NCBI GenBank assembly: GCA_022712315.1
Contig: JALAGS010000080.1
Coordinates: forward strand, 21,209-85,208
Reading direction: 5' to 3'
DNA length: 64,000 nucleotides
Origin: Sphingobacterium sp.
GTDB taxonomy: Bacteria > Bacteroidota > Bacteroidia > Sphingobacteriales > Sphingobacteriaceae
Under the pieces are notes generated by a model, which saw only the letters and a list, made by a program, of their open reading frames with translations, did no database searches and was not told the origin of the DNA. Below are positions 1 through 10,993 of this stretch, piece by piece. The position numbers were made by a program, and so were the translations under genes. Numbering within the stretch: position 1 is the first letter of the stretch; each line of letters starts with the position of its first letter.

Positions 1-1230
1 TTCCTCCTGCGGATTTTGCCCGGGCTCATACAATTTGACACCACTAATTTCTTTGGGCAGAAATTCCTGAACGACAAAATTCCCCGGATAGGCATGTGCA
101 TATTTGTATTCGGCGCCATAATTTAAGTCCTTCATCAATTTGGTCGGCGCATTACGGATATGCAACGGTACAGACAGATCTCCGGTTTGTTTCACCAAGG
201 CCTGCGCCTTATTGATCGCCTCGTAAGATGCATTGCTTTTGACCGAGGTAGCCAAATAGATCACTGTTTGCGAAAGAATAATACGTGATTCGGGCCATCC
301 AATGACATTCACTGCCTGAAAACAATTGTTGGCCAACAGTAAGGCATTGGGATTGGCATTACCGATGTCTTCCGAAGCCAAAATCAATAGCCGCCGTGCA
401 ATAAAGGATGGATCCTCTCCGCCTTCGATCATCCGTGCAAGCCAATAGACTGCGGCATTCGGATCAGACCCACGGATGGATTTGATAAAAGCGGATATGA
501 TATCGTAATGCTGCTCGCCCGCCTTGTCATAAATAGCCATATTTTGCTGCACCTGTTTCAGGACAAAGGCATTCGTAATTGGCTCTTTGTGCAATACTGC
601 CGCATTGACAACCAGCTCGAGTACATTTAACAATTTACGTGCGTCGCCACCAGACAGCCGCAACAAGGCCTCATATTCTTCGACAACAATTGCCTGCTTT
701 TGTAAGTATTCATCCTCATGCAATGCTTTTTGGATCAATCCAATAAGATCTTCTTCCGAAAGATGTTCCAATACATAGACTTGGCAACGCGAGAGCAATG
801 CGGAGATAACTTCAAACGAGGGGTTTTCTGTTGTTGCACCAATAAGTGTCACCAGCCCACGTTCAACAGCCCCTAAAAGTGAATCTTGCTGCGACTTGGA
901 AAAACGGTGAATCTCATCAATAAATAAAATGGGTTGATCTTGATTAAAGTTCATCAGCCGTTCAGCCTTTTCGATGACTTCACGAATATCTTTCACACCT
1001 GCCTGAATCGCACTTAATGAAAAGAAAGGTCGATCGAGTTCTCGAGCGATTAATAAAGCTAAACTTGTTTTCCCAACCCCTGGAGGCCCCCATAGAATCA
1101 TGGAAGGAATATTCTTTTGCTGGATGGCATGATAGAGTACTGCATCTGGCCCAACAATATGCTGTTGTCCCACATAATCGCTCAATTGCCGCGGTCTAAG
1201 TCGTTCTGCTAATGGAATTCGTGTTGCCAT
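1..1230 (-). CDS. rarA: Replication-associated recombination protein A (RarA/MgsA AAA+ ATPase), 3' end runs off window
   Basis: Not in ORF track (open at edge). Manual reverse translation from ATG at 1230: MATRIPLAERLRPRQLSDYVGQQH...ILWGPPGVGKT (Walker A)...LFIDEIHRFSKSQQD...LIGATTENPSF. Confidence 0.95.
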   Translation of the reverse strand, partial: MATRIPLAERLRPRQLSDYVGQQHIVGPDAVLYHAIQQKNIPSMILWGPPGVGKTSLALLIARELDRPFFSLSAIQAGVKDIREVIEKAERLMNFNQDQPILFIDEIHRFSKSQQDSLLGAVERGLVTLIGATTENPSFEVISALLSRCQVYVLEHLSEEDLIGLIQKALHEDEYLQKQAIVVEEYEALLRLSGGDARKLLNVLELVVNAAVLHKEPITNAFVLKQVQQNMAIYDKAGEQHYDIISAFIKSIRGSDPNAAVYWLARMIEGGEDPSFIARRLLILASEDIGNANPNALLLANNCFQAVNVIGWPESRIILSQTVIYLATSVKSNASYEAINKAQALVKQTGDLSVPLHIRNAPTKLMKDLNYGAEYKYAHAYPGNFVVQEFLPKEISGVKLYEPGQNPQEE

Positions 1231-1234
1231 AACA

Positions 1235-1242
1235 CAAAGTTA
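1235..1242 (-). promoter_or_regulatory. Bacteroidota housekeeping-sigma -7 element (TAACTTTG) for rarA
   Basis: Exact TAnnTTTG match just upstream of the start codon. Confidence 0.55.
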
Positions 1243-1544
1243 AACATTAAAACAGCACAACAGCTAAATATTTTAGCTTTATTCAGCAAAATTCCACCAT
1301 TAAATTTTCACAAAGCGATAAGCCTCAAGCTTTCACCAGTTCAGTTTCAGCCCTCATTATTCGCGTATCGATATTACTTTAACATTTTTTCACACAATTT
1401 TTCGGCATATTTGCTCTATGATATATGTAAATTGCTTTTGGCAGAACATCATCGAGCGTACAATTTTATCGAAGTAAGCAGTAGATTGTTCGAATATGCC
1501 ATTTAGCTAAATTTATGTAAACGTTAATTATAACGTAATCTTTT

Positions 1545-2648
1545 ATGAGAATGACAAAATACTGGATCTCTATATTTACCATCCTGGCCTTGTCCATGAA
1601 TATACCTAGTCAGGTAATGGCGCAAAGTGCAGACAAGGATTATACAGGCGCAATAAAAAAATACGATGCTTCATTTAAGGGGATTGGTCCCGAGGTCTAT
1701 TTTTTACCGCCACCGAAAACCGCCAATGAAATATTGGTAGAGAATTATGCGGACAAGAAACCATTTAGCAAAGAAATTGCAAGGCGGCTCCTGCTCCAGC
1801 GACTACTATTGCAACTACGAAGCACCAATAACCTGGGACATTTTCAATATTTAATGAATCCCTTGCCAGCTACAGCAAATAGCTGGAACGATGCAATTGA
1901 AGGCCAGAAAAAAGCGCAAAATTGGATTGCGGGTTATGCCCTGTCGAATGAAGCGGCCTTATTTTCCATTAAAAATAACGATAGCAGCAATGCATCAAAA
2001 TTTCTATATCAGGCACTTTCCCTGGCAAATCGTACCGACAATAGGGATGATATCGCTACCATAAATATGAACATCAGCAATTTTCAGCTATATAGCGGTG
2101 ACTTTGTTCGCGCCGAGGAGAGCGCTCAAAATTATCATACCTATGCGATGACGAGCAAAAGCTATGCGGAGCAGGCCAATGCCTGGCTTTTAATTGCCAT
2201 GGCCCGGGCGGGCCAGGGAAATTATAAAACTGCCGAAAATAATATTATCCGCAGCGCAATCCCGCTATTCAATAAGGCTAAAGCCTATGAAGGGAAAATC
2301 TTTGCCTGGGAAATGCTCGCTGAAATTTATTTTAAACAGAATAAATTTACCGAGGCCCAGTGGTTTCTGCTTCAAGCGCGCGACTTGGCCAATGCAAAAA
2401 AATTAAGTAGCGAGCTTGCTGAAATCGAATACTTGCTGGCCTCATCGAAACAGAAGGATGGTAATTACAAAGTGGCGATCAAAGAGTTTGTACAGGCGGC
2501 AGAATTGGCTTCAGATGAGAATAATAAACAATTGTCACTCGCTATACTGGACAAACTTGGTGAAGTATACCTTGTTTTAAAAGACTACCCTTCGGCAGAT
2601 CAGACCTATAAAGCCTATACACAGTTGAAAAATGAACTGTACAATTGA
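1545..2648 (+). CDS. Exported tetratricopeptide-repeat (TPR) protein
   Basis: N-terminal signal peptide; repeated helical A/G/Y-patterned TPR-like units in the C-terminal two-thirds. Confidence 0.8.
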   Translation: MRMTKYWISIFTILALSMNIPSQVMAQSADKDYTGAIKKYDASFKGIGPEVYFLPPPKTANEILVENYADKKPFSKEIARRLLLQRLLLQLRSTNNLGHFQYLMNPLPATANSWNDAIEGQKKAQNWIAGYALSNEAALFSIKNNDSSNASKFLYQALSLANRTDNRDDIATINMNISNFQLYSGDFVRAEESAQNYHTYAMTSKSYAEQANAWLLIAMARAGQGNYKTAENNIIRSAIPLFNKAKAYEGKIFAWEMLAEIYFKQNKFTEAQWFLLQARDLANAKKLSSELAEIEYLLASSKQKDGNYKVAIKEFVQAAELASDENNKQLSLAILDKLGEVYLVLKDYPSADQTYKAYTQLKNELYN

Positions 2649-2855
2649 AACAGTTAAAACAATCTGCCTCTTCCATTGGTCTGTTGAAAGAGCAGTTCAC
2701 AAAGCGATTTTAAGCTTTTTGTAAATATTAAAGGATAAATCAAATAAATTTTTAGATTCTGCGATATTGTGCTACGAATTTCACTAAATTTAGCACGCTT
2801 ATCAATAAGAGCTGAATATTTTTTAAAAAGAATGATTATTAAAACCGTCGAAAAT

Positions 2856-4982
2856 ATGTTTAGGAAACTCATATTTGCACTTTTTGTTGTATCCATTGTT
2901 TCTTGTGGTTCAAAACCACGCGTAGCGCTGCCTGAAGATGGAGGACTTAAACCAAGTACACAACATCAGATCATCGCGAAAGAAGTCTCTGGATTATTGG
3001 AAAATGCGAGCTACAAAAAGGTCAAAATGAATGATTCGATATCGGGCATCATATACGATAATCTAATCAAAAGTCTGGATCAGGGAAAAAATTACTTGCT
3101 TCAATCGGATATTGATGAATTTCAAGCGTACAGAAACAATCTTGCACAGGATATCAAAAATGGCGATCTTTCTGCGGCATTCCATATTTTCAATGTCTAT
3201 TCGAAGAGATACCTGGACAGAATGCAATATGCGCTTTCAGAAATCGACAAGAAACAGGACTATACAAAGGATGAGTATTACCAACCTAACCGTGAAAAAC
3301 TAGGCTGGTTCAAAACGGCAGATGAGGCCAACGACCAATGGCGCAAACGCGTAAAATACGATCTGCTCAACTTAGAAACCGCGAGTGGCAAGTCTACCGA
3401 CAGTGCGAAGACCAAACAGGTGGAAACACTAAAGAAACGCTATGTCAATTTGATCTCACAGGCAAAGAAAACAAATGCAAACGATGCTTTTCAGGTAGTG
3501 ATGCAAGCATTGACAGATGCTGTTGACCCGCATACATCTTATTTTAATCCATCCTTTGCACAGGCATTCAATGAAGGAATGGCCAATACCTTTGAAGGAA
3601 TCGGGGCAAGACTTGTCGTCGATAACGAGGCCGTAAGCATCTTCGAAATTATCCCGGGCGGACCAATATTCAAAGACAAGAGCATTCATGTCAACGATAA
3701 GATCATTGCAGTTGCCCAAGGAAAAGATGGTGAATTTGAAGACATTATTGGCTGGAGACTCGATGCTGCTGTAGCAAAAATCAAAGGGCCAAAAGGAACA
3801 ATTGTTCGCCTAAAAATTATACCTGCGGGTCAGCCAATGAACTCTCATCCTCGCATTGTCTCTTTAGTACGTGAGAAAATCGTCGTTGAAGAAGAGTCTG
3901 CGAAGAAAGAGATCATGAACGTGAAAGGTGCAGACGGAAAAATGTATAAGGTAGGTATCATCAACATTCCTAAATTCTACATGGATTTTGACGCTTACAG
4001 AAGACGCGATCCAAACTATAAGAGCACAACGCGAGACGTCAGGTTAATCCTAGACACCTTGAAGCAAGAAAAAGTTGATGCTGTGGTCATCGATCTACGC
4101 TTCAATGGCGGCGGATCATTACCTGAGGCAATTGATTTAACAGGTCTATTTATTGACAGAGGTCCAGTTGTACAAGTAAAGGATACAAAAAATAATATCG
4201 ATGTCGAAGAAGATAAAAACGCGGGTGTATCTTGGGATGGTCCATTGGGCATCATGATCAACCGCTTCTCGGCTTCGGCTTCTGAAATCTTTGCCGGTGC
4301 TATTCAGGATTATGGAAGAGGTATTATCTTAGGCTCTCAAAGTTATGGTAAAGGGACAGTGCAATCGGCAATCGATATGTCACGTGTTATCAGTCCGACC
4401 AGCCGCCTGCTGTTAAAAGCCTCAGGAGAAAAAGATCCGGACACCCCAGAAGGTGCTCCTCAATATGGGCAGATCAATATCACGCTGGGCAAATTCTATC
4501 GTGTAAACGGTAGTAGTACACAACATAAGGGGGTTACACCTGACATCGTATTCCCGTCTCAATTCTCCGCAGAAAAATTCGGCGAGAGCTCAGAAAAATC
4601 AGCACTCCCTTGGGATCAAATCCAATCGAGCAACTTCAAAAAAGTAGCTGATCTAAGTGCTGTTGACAAAAAGTTAGAAGCAATGCATGAGGCACGCATT
4701 AAAAACTCATTGGAATATAAGTATCTGAAAGAGGATATTGAAGAAGCTCAAAAAGATGAGGATGTTAAAATTCCATTGGAGCTGAACAAGTTCAAGAAAG
4801 AGAAAGATGACAACCTCAAGAAAAACAGAGACCGCATCAACGCTTTATTGAAATTACAGGGCAAACCGGCTTGGGAAGAAGGAAAATCCCAACCTAAAAT
4901 TGACCTGGATTTTGTGAAAGACGAAAGTGCCAAGGTGATGACTGACTATATCATCAACTTTGGAACTAAAAAACCGTTATAA
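2856..4982 (+). CDS. prc: Carboxy-terminal processing (tail-specific) protease, S41A family, predicted lipoprotein
   Basis: PDZ (FEGIGA), DLRFNGGGSL, catalytic SASASEIFAG and GKGTVQ motifs; start moved from 2769 to ATG 2856, which gives signal MFRKLIFALFVVSIVSC. Confidence 0.93.
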   Translation: MFRKLIFALFVVSIVSCGSKPRVALPEDGGLKPSTQHQIIAKEVSGLLENASYKKVKMNDSISGIIYDNLIKSLDQGKNYLLQSDIDEFQAYRNNLAQDIKNGDLSAAFHIFNVYSKRYLDRMQYALSEIDKKQDYTKDEYYQPNREKLGWFKTADEANDQWRKRVKYDLLNLETASGKSTDSAKTKQVETLKKRYVNLISQAKKTNANDAFQVVMQALTDAVDPHTSYFNPSFAQAFNEGMANTFEGIGARLVVDNEAVSIFEIIPGGPIFKDKSIHVNDKIIAVAQGKDGEFEDIIGWRLDAAVAKIKGPKGTIVRLKIIPAGQPMNSHPRIVSLVREKIVVEEESAKKEIMNVKGADGKMYKVGIINIPKFYMDFDAYRRRDPNYKSTTRDVRLILDTLKQEKVDAVVIDLRFNGGGSLPEAIDLTGLFIDRGPVVQVKDTKNNIDVEEDKNAGVSWDGPLGIMINRFSASASEIFAGAIQDYGRGIILGSQSYGKGTVQSAIDMSRVISPTSRLLLKASGEKDPDTPEGAPQYGQINITLGKFYRVNGSSTQHKGVTPDIVFPSQFSAEKFGESSEKSALPWDQIQSSNFKKVADLSAVDKKLEAMHEARIKNSLEYKYLKEDIEEAQKDEDVKIPLELNKFKKEKDDNLKKNRDRINALLKLQGKPAWEEGKSQPKIDLDFVKDESAKVMTDYIINFGTKKPL

Positions 4983-5016
4983 TTTCATGAGTAGCAGAAG
5001 TGATCATTAAGCTAAG

Positions 5017-5047
5017 AAAAGGCAACCGTCATGACGGTTGCCTTTTT
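5017..5047. terminator. Intrinsic terminator after prc
   Basis: GGCAACCGTC/GACGGTTGCC stem flanked by A- and T-runs. Confidence 0.85.
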
Positions 5048-5233
5048 CTATGATTCTCATCACAATGGAAGGGGTTTAACGTTAAATTCACGTTTTCTTT
5101 GTAACTTATCACTACATTAATTGTTTTAATCATATACTCCATTGCGCGAGATCTCCATTGTTCATGTAGATCATATTCATTTTGGACAACAGCGCAGCAG
5201 GTACTAGAAATTAAACATATAAAAAAGAACATC

Positions 5234-6064
5234 ATGAAACGTATTCTCCTGTTAACCGACTTTTCAGACAATGCTCTTCTTGCAGCAAAACAAGTTGCTC
5301 TTTGTACAGAGGCCTGGAAGACTGAAAAAGTTATTGTCTACCATACTTACAATAGCGTTACCATTGTCAATAACGAGCCGATTGTTATTGTCAATGATGA
5401 GGTCAAAGAGACCAAAGAGAAGGAATTGACTCAGTGGTTTGACCAAATTAGATTGTTGTTTCCACCACAAGTGGAACTATCCCATCAGATGGAAGATATT
5501 GATTTACCCATGGGAGTCAGTGACATGTGCAAATCGCACAATATTGACCTTGTCGCACTGGGTATTACAGGACAAACAGGCTTTGCGAAGATCCTGGTAG
5601 GAAGTAATGCCATTACATTGATGGATATCTGCAATAAGCCGATGCTTATTGTTTCGCACAAGGTTAATCCTGCTGTTCCCAAAAATGTATTGGCGACAAC
5701 CGATCTGAAAGAGGTGGACCGAAAATTGGATTTATTCAACCTGGATCAGGTTTTGGATACCTTCCATGCGCAATTGTATGTTTTGAACGTCGCTAAAAAA
5801 GAAGGTTCGGCTGCAGACCTGGCACAGGAACTAAAGCATCTGCACGAGCGCTTAGACAAATATCATCCTATTTACGACTATATCAGCCATGATGATATTA
5901 CAGAAGGTATAGCCGAATATGCCAAAGAGAAACATATCGATCTCATCCTTTCCTTCCATAAAAAGCAAGGACTACTGGCGAGTCTATTTAAAGCCAGCAT
6001 ATCGAAAAAAATAGCCTGGAATGGTGCCGCGAACTTGCTTGTCATCCCCATGGAGAGGTCATAG
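5234..6064 (+). CDS. Universal stress protein (tandem UspA domains)
   Basis: MKRILLLTDFSDNA N-terminus; DLVALGITG...GSNA motif. Confidence 0.9.
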   Translation: MKRILLLTDFSDNALLAAKQVALCTEAWKTEKVIVYHTYNSVTIVNNEPIVIVNDEVKETKEKELTQWFDQIRLLFPPQVELSHQMEDIDLPMGVSDMCKSHNIDLVALGITGQTGFAKILVGSNAITLMDICNKPMLIVSHKVNPAVPKNVLATTDLKEVDRKLDLFNLDQVLDTFHAQLYVLNVAKKEGSAADLAQELKHLHERLDKYHPIYDYISHDDITEGIAEYAKEKHIDLILSFHKKQGLLASLFKASISKKIAWNGAANLLVIPMERS

Positions 6065-6101
6065 GAGAAAAATAGCAATAGTTCTTCCACGGGGAAGCTT
6101 C

Positions 6102-6509
6102 TTATTTCTTGTCAACGGAATGTTTACCAGGTCCGATCAGGATAAGGCCTAAAAACACAAAACATAGTTCAATTGCATGGGATGCGTCGGAGATACCATC
6201 CCCTTTGGAAAGGTGCATTAATCCGGCAATGACCATCGTAAAGGCAAGTAACAATGCCGCTGGCCTGAAAAAAAGGCCCAGCGATAAAAATAGACCGCCA
6301 ACAGTTTCGGTAGCAGCAGCCATAAATCCCCAAAAAGTAGGCATAAAATGAATACCGATATTTCCCATTGATTTACCTACACCAGCCCATAGTTCAGGGC
6401 CGCCCTGTAATTTGGGCAGACCGTGCATGATCATCATCACCCCCAGTCCAATACGTAAGATCAACAATCCTGTATCTCTATATTTACCCAATGAATTCCA
6501 AATTGCCAT
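6102..6509 (-). CDS. DoxX-family membrane protein
   Basis: LLILRIGLGVMMIMHGLPKL, E-x-x-GG, GLFFRPAA, GPGKHSVD motifs; four hydrophobic segments. Confidence 0.88.
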   Translation of the reverse strand: MAIWNSLGKYRDTGLLILRIGLGVMMIMHGLPKLQGGPELWAGVGKSMGNIGIHFMPTFWGFMAAATETVGGLFLSLGLFFRPAALLLAFTMVIAGLMHLSKGDGISDASHAIELCFVFLGLILIGPGKHSVDKK

Positions 6510-6746
6510 AAAAAACGGTTAAATTATTAAAACTTAAATTACCAATCTCCCTAAATTAATGAAATTATTTAATTTGAGCACCCCATAGGATCTGTTATAT
6601 TCATAAAACTATTGGATTTATGATACTTAATGTGTAATTTAATGGCTATAGACCCGATTATAATGCGATGGAAAAGCACACAAATACCGTCGAAGGCTTG
6701 TACAATACTTAGCCGCGGATTATGGATAAACAAATAACGAATAAGG

Positions 6747-7577
6747 ATGAAAAACCTACTCTTGCTAACAGACTTTTCGGACAACGCCTACGCTGCAGCT
6801 CGATATGCTGCACAATTAGCTCCACTCTGGGGTATTGAGAAGGTTGTCCTATACCATACCTATGAAGTAATTCCTACTGTGGGCACTGAACCTGTTGTCA
6901 TCAGCAACTCAGAAATACTGGAAGAAAAGCAAAAAGATCTGAATACCTGGCAGCAGGAGCTGATGTTGCTTTTCCCCGAGGGCATCGCTTGGAAATCAGT
7001 ACTCGAAGAATATGAGTTGAGCTACGGCGTAAACCGCACCTGTGCGGAAGAAGACATTGACCTTGTGATCGTCGGCACTGCAGGTAAAAGCGGCATCAAG
7101 AAACTGCTTCTTGGCAGCAATACCCTCAAGCTGATCGAAAATTGTCACACCCCCTTACTGGTGGTCCCTGCCCGGGCAGCGTTCAGAGTACCCAAAAAGA
7201 TGTTGATCGCTACCAATCTCAAGGAAATAAAACTAAAATTAAACCGCCTTTTGGTTAATGCATCCGAAGTATTGCGCAAAAGTGAGGTCTATGTCGTCCA
7301 TGTGACCAAGGAAGATCCTACAAATAAAGCGGTAGAAGCCGAGATAACCATTATGCAGGATCTACTGGCCCCCTATCATCCCTTGTATAGCTATATACTC
7401 AATGCAGACATTGCATCGGGGATCAACCAATACATCAAGGAAAATCATATCGACATGATGGTCACTTTTCACCGCGACAAGGGCTTATTAAGTCGGATAT
7501 TCAATACGAGTATAGCACAAAAGATGGCCTGGAAGAGCCAGGCTGCCATGATGGTCATTCCGGTACACTCAGGTTAA
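6747..7577 (+). CDS. Universal stress protein (paralog of 5234..6064)
   Basis: MKNLLLLTDFSDNA; DLVIVGTAG...LLGSNT; same length (276 aa) as the first copy. Confidence 0.9.
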   Translation: MKNLLLLTDFSDNAYAAARYAAQLAPLWGIEKVVLYHTYEVIPTVGTEPVVISNSEILEEKQKDLNTWQQELMLLFPEGIAWKSVLEEYELSYGVNRTCAEEDIDLVIVGTAGKSGIKKLLLGSNTLKLIENCHTPLLVVPARAAFRVPKKMLIATNLKEIKLKLNRLLVNASEVLRKSEVYVVHVTKEDPTNKAVEAEITIMQDLLAPYHPLYSYILNADIASGINQYIKENHIDMMVTFHRDKGLLSRIFNTSIAQKMAWKSQAAMMVIPVHSG

Positions 7578-7616
7578 TCAAGATATATAATTGGGCAGAA
7601 TTCTGTTCAGCGCCTC

Positions 7617-8519
7617 TTACAAATAAGTTAACTGAACAGAATTCTCTGTAGTTTTCAGCGCGACCTTTCGCCCCAATACAAGAGCATGATTGTCATCAAT
7701 ATGCCCTGCAGGGTAAGCAAATGCTACAGGGAAATCGTACTCTTTGACTTTATCCCAGACGATTTCCTCTACACTTTGCCCAAAAGTTGGATCGTTGTCT
7801 TTCATGGCAGAGAAGCCACCGACAATCAGACCATTTAATTTTTTGAGTTTTCCAGCACGTTTCAATGCCCAAAGCATTCTGTCTATGGAATAATAAGCTT
7901 CACCGACATCTTCAATAAATAATATTTTATTCTTGTAATTGACATCCGAATCGGATGCAAGCACAGACAGTAAGATCGCCAGATTTCCGCCCACCAGTTT
8001 TCCTTCTCCCTCGCCTGCACGATTGGGAAATAAGGTTTGCTCGTAGGCAAAGTCCATAGGATGACCGAACAATGCATTTTGTAAGGTTTCTAAAGATGCT
8101 TTGGTCCCGGTTTCGAAAGACTTGGGCATCTGTCCATGTATGGTCGCAACTTTAAAATTGCGCTGGATATGGCTATGCAAGACGGTAATATCGCTAAATC
8201 CAACCAGCCATTTGGGATGACGCTCAAAATTTGAAAAATCAATTTCATCAACAATACGAACACAACCGTAACCTCCGCGCGCGGCAAAAACCGCTTTAAT
8301 CGACGGATCGTCCAGCGCCCATTGCAGGTCAGCCGCGCGTAAATCATCATCTCCGGCAAATTGATGGAACGATGTCTCGACTGTCTTCCCCACCACAACC
8401 TCCAAGCCCCAGCTTTCCAATGTTTTTATACCTATATCAATGGAGCCGCGGATAAAACTTGCAGGACAAACGATAGCGACTTTATCGCCTTTTTTCAGAA
8501 AATCAGGTATTTTGGACAT
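7617..8519 (-). CDS. LD-carboxypeptidase, peptidase S66 (LdcA/MccF family)
   Basis: ARGGYG, GFSDIT (catalytic Ser), GGNL, LFIEDV, GH motifs. Confidence 0.92.
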   Translation of the reverse strand: MSKIPDFLKKGDKVAIVCPASFIRGSIDIGIKTLESWGLEVVVGKTVETSFHQFAGDDDLRAADLQWALDDPSIKAVFAARGGYGCVRIVDEIDFSNFERHPKWLVGFSDITVLHSHIQRNFKVATIHGQMPKSFETGTKASLETLQNALFGHPMDFAYEQTLFPNRAGEGEGKLVGGNLAILLSVLASDSDVNYKNKILFIEDVGEAYYSIDRMLWALKRAGKLKKLNGLIVGGFSAMKDNDPTFGQSVEEIVWDKVKEYDFPVAFAYPAGHIDDNHALVLGRKVALKTTENSVQLTYL

Positions 8520-8850
8520 ATTTTTTATCGCTAATGATCAAACAAAACCTTCATGATTTCGCAGACACCAACAGCTATGAAAGCGAACTGAAGGTTGTTT
8601 CCGGACCTTTTCACTATAAAGTCCGATTATAAATTTTACTTGCTATATGATGCTTATATGTACAAATAAACGTAAATTTATCTAAGTTTTCTACCGCTAT
8701 TTTGAATAATATTTCGACAGCAACAAGCAAGTAAATAGCAACGCATCTTGATCAGGCTGAAACAATCATAGGGAGCTGTCAGAACAAGAATTCAAGAATA
8801 AATTGTTAGATATGGCACGCATTTATATTGCATATAAACAGCAATTTATC

Positions 8851-8858
8851 TAAGTTTG
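8851..8858 (+). promoter_or_regulatory. -7 promoter element (TAAGTTTG) for metG, with TTG (-33) at 8828-8830
   Basis: TTG-N20-TAnnTTTG spacing. Confidence 0.65.
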
Positions 8859-8898
8859 CCAAAGAAAACAAGTACACACTTTAATATACTTTCAAGCA

Positions 8899-10968
8899 TT
8901 GAGTATTCTAGATAAAAAACGTTATACCATCACATCGGCATTACCTTATGCCAATGGTCCTTTACATATCGGACACCTTGCCGGAGCTTATATCCCTGGA
9001 GATATCTTTGTTCGTTATCTGCGTCTAAATCAGAAAGATGTAGTCTATGTATGTGGTTCAGATGAGCATGGTGCGGCGATTACCATCCGTGCAAAAAAAG
9101 AGGGCATTACCCCACAGCAAATCATTGATAAATACAACAAACAAATCAAAGAAAGCTTTGAAGAGTTTGGCATTTCTTTCGATATCTATCACCGTACATC
9201 GGAACCTATCCATCATCAGTTATCCCAGGATTTCTTCTTGAACCTTTACAACAAAGGTGAATTTGTCGAGAAATTTTCCGAGCAATACTATGATGAGGAA
9301 TACCACCAATTCCTGGCAGACCGCTACATTACGGGAACTTGTCCAAATTGTAAGTCTGAAGGCGCCTATGGTGACCAATGTGAAAAATGTGGTACATCGC
9401 TAAGCCCGACAGATCTGATTAATCCGATTTCCACCTTAAGCGGAAAGACACCGGTTCTGAAAGAAACAAAACACTGGTATCTTCCTCTGGATAAATATCA
9501 GCCTTGGCTTGAAAAATGGCTGATCGAAGGAAAGAAAAATATGCTGAAATCCAACGTTTTTGGCCAATGTCAATCTTGGCTTAAATCTGGCTTACAACCA
9601 CGTTCAATGACAAGAGATTTGGACTGGGGGGTTGATGTTCCTTTGGCAGAAGCACAGGGCAAGAAACTATATGTATGGCTAGATGCACCGATAGGTTATA
9701 TTTCAGCAACAAAACAATGGGCTTTGGACCATGGCAAAAACTGGGAAGACTATTGGAAAACGCATGAAAATCCAGCAGACGATTCTACATTGATCCATTT
9801 TATCGGAAAAGATAATATTGTTTTCCACTGCATTATCTTTCCGGCAATTCTTCATGCGCACGGTGACTATATTTTACCAGAAAATATTCCTGCAAACGAG
9901 TTCCTTAACCTGGAAGGCGACAAACTATCTACTTCTAGAAACCATGCGGTTTGGTTACATGAGTACCTACAGGAATTCCCCGATAAACAAGATGAATTGC
10001 GTTATGTCTTGACTTCGATATTACCGGAAACATCGGATGCGGAGTTTACCTGGAAAGATTTCCAAGCTAGGATCAACAATGAGCTTGTTGCCATCTTCGG
10101 AAACTTTGTCAATCGGGTAATGGTGCTTTCGCACAAATATTTTGATGGCAAAGTATTGAATGGCTCACCATTAACAGCGGTAGATCAAGCGGTATTGGAT
10201 GAACTGAAATCATACCCTGCTTCGATCAAATCTTCTTTGGAGCAATTCCGTTTCCGTGAGGCTTTGGCAGAATTTATGAATGTCGCTCGTCTCGGCAACA
10301 AATATCTTGCAGATGAAGAACCATGGAAAATCATCAAAACAGATGAGGAACGTGTCAAAACAATCTTACATGTAGCTGCTCAGATCGTGGCCAATCTTGC
10401 TGTTCTTGCACAGCCGTTCTTACCAAAAACAGCGATCAAATTATTTGAAATGCTCAATTTCCCTCAAGGGAACTGGAATGATGCAGGGTCGGATACTTTG
10501 ATCCAAGCTGGACACCAATTGGGTGAAGTGCAATTGTTATTTGACAAAATAACCGATGAACAAGTCGACTTTCAGCTAAACAAACTTGCTGAAGCAAAAG
10601 CGAAAAACCTAGCCGACAACGCCAAGGTTGCTCCTGTAAAAGAAAACATCAGCTTCGATGACTTTGTTAAAATGGATATCCGTGTCGGAACTATTGCAGC
10701 CGCTGAAAAAGTTGCCAAAACCAAGAAATTACTAAAATTGACGATAGACACCGGCTTAGATACACGTACCGTCGTTTCGGGTATCGCGGAGTTCTTCAGT
10801 CCTGAGGAAATCGTAGGCCGTCAAGTATCCATCTTGGTCAATCTTGAGCCTCGTGAAATCAAAGGAATTATGTCACAGGGAATGATCCTGATGGCAGAAG
10901 ACGCTGATGGTCGACTTGATTTTGTCAAACCAGATACAACCATTAAAGTAGGAAGTACAGTACGCTAA
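8899..10968 (+). CDS. metG: Methionine--tRNA ligase with C-terminal tRNA-binding domain (TTG start)
   Basis: [13 protein letters not shown] (HIGH), Zn-knuckle CxxC, KLSTS (KMSKS), C-terminal DIRVG..SQGM OB-fold. Confidence 0.97.
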   Translation: MSILDKKRYTITSALPYANGPLHIGHLAGAYIPGDIFVRYLRLNQKDVVYVCGSDEHGAAITIRAKKEGITPQQIIDKYNKQIKESFEEFGISFDIYHRTSEPIHHQLSQDFFLNLYNKGEFVEKFSEQYYDEEYHQFLADRYITGTCPNCKSEGAYGDQCEKCGTSLSPTDLINPISTLSGKTPVLKETKHWYLPLDKYQPWLEKWLIEGKKNMLKSNVFGQCQSWLKSGLQPRSMTRDLDWGVDVPLAEAQGKKLYVWLDAPIGYISATKQWALDHGKNWEDYWKTHENPADDSTLIHFIGKDNIVFHCIIFPAILHAHGDYILPENIPANEFLNLEGDKLSTSRNHAVWLHEYLQEFPDKQDELRYVLTSILPETSDAEFTWKDFQARINNELVAIFGNFVNRVMVLSHKYFDGKVLNGSPLTAVDQAVLDELKSYPASIKSSLEQFRFREALAEFMNVARLGNKYLADEEPWKIIKTDEERVKTILHVAAQIVANLAVLAQPFLPKTAIKLFEMLNFPQGNWNDAGSDTLIQAGHQLGEVQLLFDKITDEQVDFQLNKLAEAKAKNLADNAKVAPVKENISFDDFVKMDIRVGTIAAAEKVAKTKKLLKLTIDTGLDTRTVVSGIAEFFSPEEIVGRQVSILVNLEPREIKGIMSQGMILMAEDADGRLDFVKPDTTIKVGSTVR

Positions 10969-10993
10969 TTTAAAACGCACATTCCTTTTATAT

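Noticed and set aside
8812-8830. TGGCAC as a sigma54 promoter before metG (also TGGCAT at about 31530 and 36004)
   Set aside because: No GC at the required 10-nt spacing
8520-8898. Possible SAM riboswitch or T-box leader before metG
   Set aside because: No conserved riboswitch or T-box cores recognisable, and the promoter sits only about 40 nt from the start codon
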